DNA from: Parasporobacterium sp.
GTDB taxonomy: Bacteria; Bacillota; Clostridia; Lachnospirales; Lachnospiraceae
DNA: 64,000 nucleotides
Assembly: GCA_017459985.1 (NCBI GenBank)
Contig: JAFUBX010000014.1
Span: 535 to 64,534 of the forward strand
Direction of reading: 5' to 3'
The stretch's first letter is position 1; every line of letters begins with the position of its first letter. Positions 18,727-27,302 of this stretch are shown here, one piece after another. A model generated the notes under the pieces. The model had not been told where the DNA came from. It ran no database searches and saw nothing but the letters and a program-made list of their open reading frames with translations. Position numbers and translations under genes: made by a program.

Positions 18727-19157
18727 TGGTTTCTCCCTTCTGAAAATAATATAATGTGAAAATGCCCGCGGAGTAAACCTCCGCTGCCCTCTTATTATAA
18801 CAGACGAAAGCCTGTATGGGCAGTCGAAATTTATATTTATAACAGCGATATGAGAAACCATGCGGAAGTTTCTCGGCGAAAGAACCCTGGATCTGCGTTG
18901 TCTGCCTTCCACAGTACTGGATTTAAGATACATTTTAAATGTTCTTATACTGACGCTTCCACAAGATTTTTTCATATATAAAAAGTCATGCGCTTTTCGA
19001 AGTTTTCATTTTCTGCTCTATTATGTAGTCTAAAGCATGAAAATATTTAGAAGCCCCTGTTTCAGGTATGGGAAGTTTTAGATATTTATGAAAAAGGCAA
19101 TATCTGATATTATAATATAATATGGAATGCAGATTTTAATAAGACCAGGAGTACAAC

Positions 19158-20336
19158 ATGAATTATTCCATCGACAAGAGCAGGAGGATTCCTGCATATA
19201 TGCAGCTGTATGAGCAGATACGGCGGGATATTGTCAGCGGAATCTTTCCCTATGGAACCAGACTTCCTTCCAAACGGATCATTGCCGAAGAAACGGGAAT
19301 CAGTATCATCACGGCGGAGCATACGCTGAACATCCTGAATGAAGAAGGATATGTGGAGACGAGGCCAAGAAGCGGAGTTTATGTAATCTACCGGAAAGCG
19401 GATTTTCCGGCGGACCTGAGAAACGAAGTGCTGCAGGAAGAAAAATCGGACAGAACCAACGGAAAAGCCTCTGGGGAACCGGGCAGACCCGATGAGGATA
19501 CTCCCCGCGAGCCGGGAAGAGCCGATGAGCAGGCTCCCGGCAGACAGGAGCAGCTCCGGTTCCCCTTCACGGTTCTGGCCAGGACTATGCGGAAGGTACT
19601 GGCGGATCTGGGGGAAGAGATATTTCTCAAATCTCCGGGGACCGGATGCGAGACGCTCCGGCAGGAGATCTGTGCCTATCTGGGGAGGAGCCGGGGAATC
19701 CGGGTACAGCCGTCCAGGATCGTTGTCGGTTCGGGAGCGGAATATCTGTATGGGCTGATAGCCCAGCTGTTTCGGGATAATCCGGTATTTGCACTGGAAG
19801 ATCCTTCCTATCCCATGATCCGCAGCGTGTATGAATCCTTCGGGATCCGATGCGATATGCTGAAAATGACAGACAATGGGATCAGCTCCCGGGAGCTGCT
19901 TCGGACGCAGGCCCGGATCCTTCATGTGACTCCCTTTCATTCCTTCCCCAGCCATGTGACTGCAGATGTATCCAAGAAAAATGAATATCTGGAGTGGGCG
20001 GTCCGGAGGGAGGGGGTTATCATTGAGGATAACTATGATTCCGAGCTGACCGTTTCAAAGAAGCAGGAAGATCCGTTGTTTTCCATGTCAAAGGGAAAAC
20101 GGGTAATCTATCTGAACACTTTTTCACAAACCATCGCGCCATCCATGAGGGCCGGGTATCTGGTGCTGCCGGAGGAACTGACTGAAACATTTTATCAGCG
20201 GCTGGGGTTTTACTCCTGTACCGTGCCGGTATTCGAACAGTATGTCCTGGCGGAACTGCTGCGGAACGGAGATTATGAACGGCACATTAACCGGGTCCGG
20301 AGGGCCCGGAGAAAGCAGCTGCAGGAAAAGCAGTGA
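19158..20336 (+). CDS. GntR/MocR-family regulator (wHTH fused to a degenerate, C-terminally short fold-type-I aminotransferase domain)
   Basis: N-terminus IPAYMQLYEQIRRDIVSGIFPYGTRLPSKRIIAEETGISIITAEHTLNILNEEGYVETRPRSGVYV (GntR wHTH). Aminotransferase-like body with NTFSQTIAPSMRAGYLVLP. Confidence 0.75.
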   Translation: MNYSIDKSRRIPAYMQLYEQIRRDIVSGIFPYGTRLPSKRIIAEETGISIITAEHTLNILNEEGYVETRPRSGVYVIYRKADFPADLRNEVLQEEKSDRTNGKASGEPGRPDEDTPREPGRADEQAPGRQEQLRFPFTVLARTMRKVLADLGEEIFLKSPGTGCETLRQEICAYLGRSRGIRVQPSRIVVGSGAEYLYGLIAQLFRDNPVFALEDPSYPMIRSVYESFGIRCDMLKMTDNGISSRELLRTQARILHVTPFHSFPSHVTADVSKKNEYLEWAVRREGVIIEDNYDSELTVSKKQEDPLFSMSKGKRVIYLNTFSQTIAPSMRAGYLVLPEELTETFYQRLGFYSCTVPVFEQYVLAELLRNGDYERHINRVRRARRKQLQEKQ

Positions 20337-20424
20337 TTGACAAAACGAGAATTATCAATAGTATTAAAGGTGTCAGAAAACAGACATTAATAATCACAAG
20401 TGAATGGAGAAGGAGACAGATCCA

Positions 20425-20814
20425 ATGCTGGAGACGGGAATCAGGAACAGGAAAGAAGAGATGGCGGTAAAGGAAAACAGCGCAGCTGCAGTGGGAAGTG
20501 GTCTGCTGGAGGTGTACGCGACGCCTTCCATGATCGCTATGATGGAGGGATGCTGCCATGAAAGCGTCGCTCCGTATCTGGAAGAGGGATGCGGAACCGT
20601 CGGTATTTCTCTGAATGTCCGCCATGTTGCCGCCACGCCTGTGGGAATGAGGGTGTTCTGTGAAAGCGAACTGGTGAATGTAAACGGCAGAGTCCTGACC
20701 TTTGAGGTAAAAGCGTATGATGAGAAAGGCCTGATCGGAGAGGGCACCCATGAAAGATGCATCATTTTTAATGAGAAATTTATCAGAAAAACCTATGACA
20801 AGCTGAGTAAGTAA
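20425..20814 (+). CDS. Hotdog-fold thioesterase family protein (FlK-like)
   Basis: ORF 20404..20814. ATG 20425 is preferred because it has an AAGGAG RBS. Typical sequence: ...VGSGLLEVYATPSMIAMMEG...GISLNVRHVAATPVGM... Confidence 0.65.
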   Translation: MLETGIRNRKEEMAVKENSAAAVGSGLLEVYATPSMIAMMEGCCHESVAPYLEEGCGTVGISLNVRHVAATPVGMRVFCESELVNVNGRVLTFEVKAYDEKGLIGEGTHERCIIFNEKFIRKTYDKLSK

Positions 20815-20898
20815 CAGGCTGATCTGACAGAATACCTGGTTGATGACAGGCCTGGAAGAGGAAGGCCTGGTCAATCGGAGAAAGAACAGGGAAAGAAC

Positions 20899-21783
20899 GT
20901 GAATTTTGCAGATAACTATTATCAGAAAACACTGGTTGCAAAACTTTTCGGGAAGGACGATCTGCTGACCGTGTTCTGTGCGGCGACCAATATGCCTCTT
21001 GTGGAATGCAGTGAAGAGGAATGTGCCGACCGGGTCTTTGTGTTTGAAAAGGAAGAGAATCTGAAGGAGTTTTCCAAAAAATACGCCCAGCGAAAGCTGC
21101 CGCTGAAGGGAATCCTGTTTCCGGTCAAGGACAAGATGAAATTCTTTGCGTCCATTGCATGCATCGGTGTGGATGAGCTGGTATACATGGATTCCCGGGG
21201 AGAACATGTGATCCCGCTGAATCAGTTTATCCGGAAGAAAGATTTTTCCAATCTGCCCCGGGAGCAGCAGCCCATCGAAAATCCCGCTCTTCAGCTGTCA
21301 GGCATCTATTTTCTTCAGGAAGCCTGCCGGATGGTTCCGATGGAGGAAAAGAAGAATCTGAAGGAGCTGGAAGAGGAGATGGCGGCCAATATCCTGAAGG
21401 CCACCTTTATTCTGGCGGTCGAGCCCCAGACGGGAGCGGAATCAGAAGAACCGTCAAAGACGCAACAGCCGGGCCGGGAATTGTCAGAACTGGGAACTGA
21501 ACCGCCGGAGCAGGCGCTGTCACAGCCTAAGCCTCAGCAGCAGGCCCTTCGGATCCCTCTGGTTAAGGCTAAAAACGGAGATCTGCTGCAGCCCCTTTTC
21601 ACAGACCATATCGAGTTCACAAAATATAATAAAGACAATAAGTACAAAGCTCTGGCGGTCCCCTTTGCCACACTGGATAAGATTCTGGCGAAGGAGGCAA
21701 AGGGATATATGATGAATCCGAACGGATTTCATCTGATTCTGACAAGAGAGCAGGTCAAAGCCCTGCCGGCCAGATTTTCGTAA
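20899..21783 (+). CDS. Hypothetical protein, SseB-like (two SseB-like halves joined by a P/Q/E-rich linker)
   Basis: GTG start. The C-terminal half (LQPLFTDHIEFTKY...GYMMNPNGFHLILTREQVKAL) resembles the SseB domain pattern. Called from memory only. Confidence 0.4.
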   Translation: MNFADNYYQKTLVAKLFGKDDLLTVFCAATNMPLVECSEEECADRVFVFEKEENLKEFSKKYAQRKLPLKGILFPVKDKMKFFASIACIGVDELVYMDSRGEHVIPLNQFIRKKDFSNLPREQQPIENPALQLSGIYFLQEACRMVPMEEKKNLKELEEEMAANILKATFILAVEPQTGAESEEPSKTQQPGRELSELGTEPPEQALSQPKPQQQALRIPLVKAKNGDLLQPLFTDHIEFTKYNKDNKYKALAVPFATLDKILAKEAKGYMMNPNGFHLILTREQVKALPARFS

Positions 21784-21805
21784 ACGATCAATCAGGAGAC
21801 GCATT

Positions 21806-22456
21806 ATGTTCACAGTACAGGATTTTCGGGATACATTTACAGGAAGGCCTCATGGCATTCAGGGAGTCAAAGGCCGGTTTGCCGTTCTGGTTCCTCTGGT
21901 GGAGATCGAAGGACAAGCCCACCTTCTGTATGAACTGCGCTCCGCCCATATTGACCGGCAGCCCGGCGAGGTGTGTTTTCCCGGCGGGGAGATCGAACCG
22001 GGAGAAACCCCTCTGCAGGCAGCCATCCGGGAAACCTGGGAAGAAACGGGAATCCCTGCGGACAGGATTGACGTCATCAGCGAGCTGGACACCCTGCATC
22101 CGCCTTCCAATATCGTCATTTATCCGTTTCTTGCGGAGATCAGCCGGGACGCTCTTGATGACCTGAAACTGAGTGAATGCGAAGTCGCGGAATGTTTTCT
22201 GGTGCCGGTGTCCTTTCTGGAGACTGCGCCGTATATCTATAATTATTCCATCGACAACCGGCTGGGATCCGATTTTCAGTATCAGAAAATCGGGCTTTCA
22301 GGCCCGGAATATAACTGGCGTCCGATGAAACATCAGATCATCAGCTGGCAGTTTGAAAACAAATATATCTGGGGCCTGACTGCACAGATCACAAAATGGA
22401 CCCTGGATATTCTGAAAGAGGGACATAAAGCCCTCGGCAATCCCCTGAAAAATTGA
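21806..22456 (+). CDS. NUDIX hydrolase (CoA pyrophosphatase-like)
   Basis: Nudix box GGEIEPGETPLQAAIRETWEETGI. Confidence 0.85.
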   Translation: MFTVQDFRDTFTGRPHGIQGVKGRFAVLVPLVEIEGQAHLLYELRSAHIDRQPGEVCFPGGEIEPGETPLQAAIRETWEETGIPADRIDVISELDTLHPPSNIVIYPFLAEISRDALDDLKLSECEVAECFLVPVSFLETAPYIYNYSIDNRLGSDFQYQKIGLSGPEYNWRPMKHQIISWQFENKYIWGLTAQITKWTLDILKEGHKALGNPLKN

Positions 22457-22475
22457 ATAAAATTGCCCTTGTTTC

Positions 22476-22504
22476 TTGACAAATTAGCGCAAGGTAACTA
22501 CAAT
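22476..22504 (+). promoter_or_regulatory. Consensus sigma-A promoter of the AdaA-like/DUF4418/FtsX/ABC operon
   Basis: TTGACA (22476-22481), 17-nt spacer, TACAAT (22499-22504). Confidence 0.6.
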
Positions 22505-22508
22505 ACTG

Positions 22509-22534
22509 CAAAGGTTAGCAAAAGCTAACCTTTG
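22509..22534. promoter_or_regulatory. Perfect 26-bp palindrome (candidate operator), 5 nt downstream of the -10 box
   Basis: CAAAGGTTAGC-AAAA-GCTAACCTTTG, 11-bp arms. A related copy lies at 25603-25620. Confidence 0.5.
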
Positions 22535-22583
22535 CTCTGCAGCTTGCAGCCGGTTGAATCTATGGCAGGAAAGGAAGGCGTCT

Positions 22584-23150
22584 GTGAACGAGGAACAGTG
22601 GATGGCAATCAGAAACAAGGATGCCTCATATGACGGAAAATTCGTGTATGTGCTGAAAACCACAGGCACGATCTGCAGACCGTCCTGTGAGAAAAAGGTG
22701 GCAGCGCCAAATAATATCATCGTGTTTGATTCGACAGAAGAGGCATTAGCTGCGGGTTACCACCTGTGCAAGCGATGCCGCCCGGATCAGGTGGGATGGA
22801 AAGGCGCACGGCAGGAGTTAACAGACGATGTCCTGAAACTGATACATGAGAATTATGCCCGGGACTTTTCTCTGGAGGTGTTGGCGGAAGAGCTGCATAT
22901 CAACAAGTTCCATCTGCTGCGGACGTTCAAACTGGTAACGGGGCAGACGCCGCTTCAGTACCATAACTGGTACCGGTGTGAAAAAGCGAAGGAACTGCTG
23001 CGCCAGCCGGAACTGTCCATCTCCTATATTGCTTATGAGACAGGGTTCAATTCCGCCTCTCATTTTTCCCGGGTGTTCAACCGGGTCACCTCTATGACTC
23101 CCTCGGAATACCGGAAAGAAGATTTGAAAAATCAGAAAGAAAAAGGATAA
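22584..23150 (+). CDS. AdaA-like regulator: Ada-type Zn(Cys)4 methyl-acceptor domain fused to an AraC-family HTH
   Basis: ORF 22554..23150. GTG 22584 is preferred because of the AAGGAAGG RBS. Has C-x3-C-x26-C-x2-C (CRPSC...CKRC) and a C-terminal AraC HTH (FNSASHFSRVFNRVTSMTPSEYR). Confidence 0.7.
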   Translation: MNEEQWMAIRNKDASYDGKFVYVLKTTGTICRPSCEKKVAAPNNIIVFDSTEEALAAGYHLCKRCRPDQVGWKGARQELTDDVLKLIHENYARDFSLEVLAEELHINKFHLLRTFKLVTGQTPLQYHNWYRCEKAKELLRQPELSISYIAYETGFNSASHFSRVFNRVTSMTPSEYRKEDLKNQKEKG

Positions 23151-23153
23151 GCC

Positions 23154-23573
23154 ATGATGCAAAGTGTTAAGACGAAGAAAAGTCTGATCACCGGGATCGT
23201 CCTTCTGGGGATCTCGGTTTTCCTGACAATCGGGGTAAAACTGATCTTTCATGCCTGTGTTCATGAAGACGGCTCCAAAGGATCCTGCTTCTGGGCAGAG
23301 CAGGCGGTGCAGGCGGCGGGAATCCTGCTGATCCTTGAATGCCTGATTCTGGTTTTCGCAAAGGAGCGTTCCGCCCAGAGAGCCCTTTCCCTGGTGATCT
23401 GCGGAACCGGCATTGTGACGGCATTGCTTCCGCAGGTCTTTATCAGCCTGTGCATGATGCCCTCCATGAGGTGCAATGCTCTCATGCGTCCCTGCACGAT
23501 TGCCTGCAGTGCGGCGCTGGTGATCGGCGGGATCCTGAATCTGTTTCTGAACCGGAGGACGCAGACATCATGA
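23154..23573 (+). CDS. DUF4418-like Cys-rich small membrane protein
   Basis: 139 aa, four hydrophobic segments, HAC motif (FHACVHEDGSKGSC). Its stop overlaps the next start (ATGA). Confidence 0.55.
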   Translation: MMQSVKTKKSLITGIVLLGISVFLTIGVKLIFHACVHEDGSKGSCFWAEQAVQAAGILLILECLILVFAKERSAQRALSLVICGTGIVTALLPQVFISLCMMPSMRCNALMRPCTIACSAALVIGGILNLFLNRRTQTS

Positions 23574-24778
23574 CAGAGAGCCTGTCTTTCAAAAATCTGA
23601 CAAAACGGCCCGGCAGAGCACTGGCACTGGCTTTGCTGTGCGCGTTCTTATGTTTTGCGGCGCTGGCGGGATCCTTGTTTGTGACCGGCCTGAGACAGGG
23701 CCTGTCCTCCCTGGAAACCCGGCTGGGTGCGGATATCATGGTGGTTCCCTACGAGGCAACCAGCAAAAGCAGGCTGTCGGATATGATCCTCCAGGGCAAC
23801 CCCGGGTATTTTTATATGGACAGCGCCGTGATGGACAAGCTGCGTTCCATGGAGGGAGTGGGAGAGATTTCCGCCCAGTTTTTCCTTGCCACCGCCAGCT
23901 CCAGCTGCTGCAGCGCAGCGGTCCAGATCATCGGATTTGATCCTGCTACAGACTTTACCATTCAGCCCTGGGTGAAGCATTCTTATCAGGGAGAACTGGG
24001 AAACATGCAGGTCCTGGTGGGAAACGATCTGAATGCGTTTCCCGGGGATGTTCTGACATTTTACGGTTCCGATGTAACGGTAGCAGCGAAGCTGGATCGG
24101 ACAGGCACCTATCTGGATACCGCAGTCTATGCGAATCCGGAGACTATCCGGACGCTGATCGCACAGGCGATGGAAAAGAAAATCTATGATTTCGGCGACA
24201 TCGATCCCTACGAAGTGGTTTCCTGCGTACTGATCAATGCGGCGGACGGATACGTGACAGAGGATGTCCTGAACGAGATCAACATTCATGTCAGAAAGGT
24301 GGAAGCGGTCCAGACCTCTGCGCTGCTTTCCGATGTCTCATCCAAACTCACGGGACTTTCTTCTCTGATCGGATGGCTGATCGCGGCGATCTGGATCCTG
24401 GCCATCGGAATCCTGATCCTGGCGTTTGTGATGATCTCCAATGAACGGAAGAAAGAGTTCGCCGTCCTGCGAACCCTGGGAGCATCCAGGGGGAAACTGG
24501 CAGGACTCATTATGAAGGAATCCCTTCTGGTGAGCTGCTTCGGAAGTCTGCTGGGAGCTGCCCTGGCTCTACTGGCAGTCTGGCTTTTCGGAGGAGCCGC
24601 GGAAAATGCCATGGGTCTTCCGTTTCTGCTTCCGAAGGCGGGAGGACTGATCCTTCTGAGTGCTGTATCCATTGCCGCGACGATCCTGGCAGGATCCCTG
24701 GCGGCAGCCGTCAGCGCCTTCCGGATCAGTGGGATCGATACGGCGTTTATATTACGGGGAGATGACGGAAGATCATGA
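23570..24778 (+). CDS. ABC transporter permease, FtsX/MacB type
   Basis: ORF 23339..24778. Preferred start is 23570 (MTESLSFKNLTKRPGRAL). N-terminal TM, large extracytoplasmic domain, C-terminal FtsX 3-TM bundle (ERKKEFAVLRTLGAS). Confidence 0.8.
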   Translation: MTESLSFKNLTKRPGRALALALLCAFLCFAALAGSLFVTGLRQGLSSLETRLGADIMVVPYEATSKSRLSDMILQGNPGYFYMDSAVMDKLRSMEGVGEISAQFFLATASSSCCSAAVQIIGFDPATDFTIQPWVKHSYQGELGNMQVLVGNDLNAFPGDVLTFYGSDVTVAAKLDRTGTYLDTAVYANPETIRTLIAQAMEKKIYDFGDIDPYEVVSCVLINAADGYVTEDVLNEINIHVRKVEAVQTSALLSDVSSKLTGLSSLIGWLIAAIWILAIGILILAFVMISNERKKEFAVLRTLGASRGKLAGLIMKESLLVSCFGSLLGAALALLAVWLFGGAAENAMGLPFLLPKAGGLILLSAVSIAATILAGSLAAAVSAFRISGIDTAFILRGDDGRS

Positions 24779-25464
24779 AACTGACAGCTCTTCAGGCAAC
24801 GAGAAATTATATCAGAAAGCGGGAAGGATCCAATCTCTTCTGCGCGGTGGAAGAGACCAGTGTGACTCTGGAACCGGGGACCCTTACGGTTCTTTCCGGC
24901 CCTTCGGGAAGCGGAAAGAGCACCCTGCTCAATATGTTTGCGGGACTTCTGCCGCCCAGCAGCGGACAGATCCTGCTGGACGATACGGATCTTTACCATC
25001 TTGAAGACCGGGAATTGTCCCGGCTGCGCAATCTCCATATCGGGATCATTCCTCAGGGCCAGACGGCACTGGCGGCTTTCAATGTGCAGGACAATATCCT
25101 GATGCCCTGGCTGCTGTATGGCAGCAGAAAGAACGAAGCCTTTTCGGAAAAAAGAAAACGTGCGGAAGAATTGATGGAAGCGGCCGGGATCCTGGAACTT
25201 CGGCGGGAGATGCCCTCCGGACTGTCCGGCGGAGAGATCCGGAGAATGGCGGTGTGCCGGGCAATGCTTCAGAAACCGGAGATCATCCTGGCCGATGAGC
25301 CCACCGGGGATCTGGATGAGGAAAATACAGCCGTGGTGATGGATCTTCTGAAGGAGCATGCGGCATCCGGCGGGACGGTTTTTGTGGTCACTCACGACAT
25401 ACAGGTCCGAACCTATGCGGACCGGATGCTGTCTATGCGAAAAGGCGTCGTTACTGAAGAGTGA
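24775..25464 (+). CDS. ABC transporter ATP-binding protein
   Basis: Walker A GPSGSGKST, signature LSGGE, Walker B ILADEPTGDLD. ATGA overlap with the permease gene. Confidence 0.9.
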   Translation: MKLTALQATRNYIRKREGSNLFCAVEETSVTLEPGTLTVLSGPSGSGKSTLLNMFAGLLPPSSGQILLDDTDLYHLEDRELSRLRNLHIGIIPQGQTALAAFNVQDNILMPWLLYGSRKNEAFSEKRKRAEELMEAAGILELRREMPSGLSGGEIRRMAVCRAMLQKPEIILADEPTGDLDEENTAVVMDLLKEHAASGGTVFVVTHDIQVRTYADRMLSMRKGVVTEE

Positions 25465-25504
25465 CGGATCGTGAAGGAGGATGCCGGAGGATTTCGGTTA
25501 GCAT

Positions 25505-25552
25505 CTGCAAACAAGTCAATTTCTGTATAAAAATACTGCAATAGAAGTCAAT
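25505..25552 (+). promoter_or_regulatory. Direct repeat pair upstream of the iron-operon promoter (candidate activator site)
   Basis: CTGCAAacAAGTCAAT (25505-25520) and CTGCAAtagAAGTCAAT (25536-25552), starts 31 bp apart, ending just upstream of the expected -35 position. Confidence 0.3.
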
Positions 25553-25581
25553 AATGTGAAACACAATCCTCCTGCAGAGTG

Positions 25582-25620
25582 TATAATTAAACTCGTTCTT
25601 TTGGTTAGCAAAAACTAACC
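25582..25620 (+). promoter_or_regulatory. -10 box plus second copy of the GGTTAGC palindrome ahead of the iron operon
   Basis: TATAAT at 25582-25587. GGTTAGC-AAAA-ACTAACC at 25603-25620 (perfect 6-bp arms GGTTAG/CTAACC). An isolated GGTTAGC half-site lies at 25496-25502. Confidence 0.45.
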
Positions 25621-25640
25621 GACTGATACGAAGAGGTAGA

Positions 25641-27236
25641 ATGATGACGATCAAAAGGAATGATTTTTCAAAAAGAATAAAGGCGGCCGGAGTTCTTGCA
25701 CTGATCTTTCTCGTATTAGCGATGACTAATATTTCAGTTTTCGCCGAGGAGGAATATGTTTATTATGAGACTTGGGCGCAGTATCAGGAAGCCGGCGGAA
25801 CCGCTGCAACCTGGAACGAGAAAGCCGATGTGCTGGAAGGGGTTCTGAGCTATGCAGTTACCCTGTTCGAACAGGGGATCCTGACAAAGGATGACGGTTC
25901 TCCGAACGCCTACGATGTGGTCAATAAGGGAGGCTACTACGGCTACTATGAGACCACCGGATTTGAACGGGCCACCAATGGTTTTTCCGGAGCCCGGGTA
26001 TCGCAGATCGAGCTGCAGTTCAAGACCTGCCGGCAGATTGCGAAAAAAGGAGGATCTCTGGAAGATTTCCGGACGGAGATCACCACGTTGATTCAGTGGC
26101 TGCATGAAGACGCCAATACACTGGACGGAGTCAGCGGCGAAACCGCGGATACTGCTTCCGGCAGCGAAGGAACCTCTGCTTCCGCAGCGGCTCTGGTATG
26201 GACCTCCAGCTTTACAATCATTCTCCGGGAAGGATTTGAAGCGATTCTGATCGTCGGTGCCATTGTTGCCTACCTGAAGGTGTCCGCCGGAGAAGATAAG
26301 AAGGAAAAGAGCAAAAAGGCCCGTCCTGTTTATCTCGGCGCTGTGATCGGTATCGCGGCAAGCTTCGGCCTTGCATGGCTTTTGAATGCTGTGAAACTGG
26401 CCAACACCGCTTCCCAGGAAATCATCGAAGGCGTGACCGCACTTCTGGCGGTGTGTGTGCTGTATTACGTCAGCAACTGGATGCTGTCAAAGTCGGAAAC
26501 CGACGCCTGGACCAGCTACATTAAGAAGAAAGCGACGGCATCCTCCGGAAAAGGAAGCATGTTCGCACTGGCCTTTACCGCATTTCTGGCGGTGTTCCGG
26601 GAAGGAGCGGAGGTGGTGCTGTTCTATCAGCCGCTTCTGAATCAGGGCAATGATGCCAGCGTGTGGTCCGGGTTTATCATTGGCTGTGTCTGCCTGATCA
26701 TTGTATGGCTGATCATCCATTTCCTGAGTATCCGGATCCCGATCAAGCCCTTCTTTACCGCAACCAGTGTTCTCATGTTTATCATGTCGATTTCTTTCCT
26801 GGGCGGAGGCATCAAGGAACTGATCGAGGGCGATGTGATCGGAGCTACTTCACCGGCCTGGCTGCAGTGGATCCCCTACACGGATTTCCTGGATATGCTG
26901 GGCATCTATCCGGTACTGGAGACGCTGATCCCGCAGCTTCTGCTGCTGATCATTACAGTGATCATCTTCGTTGTTGTTACAAAGAAGAACCGGAGAATTC
27001 ATGCGGAGGCCGAGGCAAAACGCGCGGCAGAACAGGCGGTCAGAGAGGCGGAAGAAAAAGCCGCCAGGGAAAAAGCCCTTACAGGATATATTACGAACGT
27101 AGTAAACCAGATCCTTCTGTCCAATGGCCTGATCGATAAACTGCCGGAGCCGGAAGCGGCCAAAACCGTGCAGGAAATTACACAACAGGCGGGAGATGTG
27201 ATCCGGAATGCGGGACAGACCGCGCTGGACGCCTGA
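25641..27236 (+). CDS. FTR1/EfeU-family iron permease with a large N-terminal extracytoplasmic domain
   Basis: Two REXXE motifs (REGFEAIL, REGAEVVL) in a 7-TM-like body, plus a signal/anchor segment at the N-terminus. Confidence 0.85.
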   Translation: MMTIKRNDFSKRIKAAGVLALIFLVLAMTNISVFAEEEYVYYETWAQYQEAGGTAATWNEKADVLEGVLSYAVTLFEQGILTKDDGSPNAYDVVNKGGYYGYYETTGFERATNGFSGARVSQIELQFKTCRQIAKKGGSLEDFRTEITTLIQWLHEDANTLDGVSGETADTASGSEGTSASAAALVWTSSFTIILREGFEAILIVGAIVAYLKVSAGEDKKEKSKKARPVYLGAVIGIAASFGLAWLLNAVKLANTASQEIIEGVTALLAVCVLYYVSNWMLSKSETDAWTSYIKKKATASSGKGSMFALAFTAFLAVFREGAEVVLFYQPLLNQGNDASVWSGFIIGCVCLIIVWLIIHFLSIRIPIKPFFTATSVLMFIMSISFLGGGIKELIEGDVIGATSPAWLQWIPYTDFLDMLGIYPVLETLIPQLLLLIITVIIFVVVTKKNRRIHAEAEAKRAAEQAVREAEEKAAREKALTGYITNVVNQILLSNGLIDKLPEPEAAKTVQEITQQAGDVIRNAGQTALDA

Positions 27237-27302
27237 GAGTTAGTTAATTTACTGGGCTTCGGGCCCAGAAGTTATAAAAAAATAAGAAATATGGAGGAAA
27301 AC

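Noticed and set aside
16939-18975. N-terminal extensions of track ORFs: 83 extra codons here, and similar extensions at 717, 9279, 23339, 33857, 52285 and 58006.
   Set aside because: Internal starts with good RBSs and signal peptides or conserved N-termini are more plausible. The extensions overlap upstream genes or AT-rich promoter DNA.
18727-19157. The long AT-rich region upstream of the secreted-protein gene was inspected for a riboswitch (c-di-GMP, cobalamin and others).
   Set aside because: I could not find any of the conserved core sequences I know for these classes. Without a covariance-model search, no call is justified.
22509-22534. The GGTTAGC palindrome considered as a CIRCE element or as the terminator of the NUDIX gene.
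   Set aside because: CIRCE is TTAGCACTC-N9-GAGTGCTAA, and a perfect copy exists at 38099-38125. This motif shares only TTAGC/GCTAA. It lies downstream of a consensus promoter, has an AU-rich stem and no trailing U-run, so a terminator role is unlikely.
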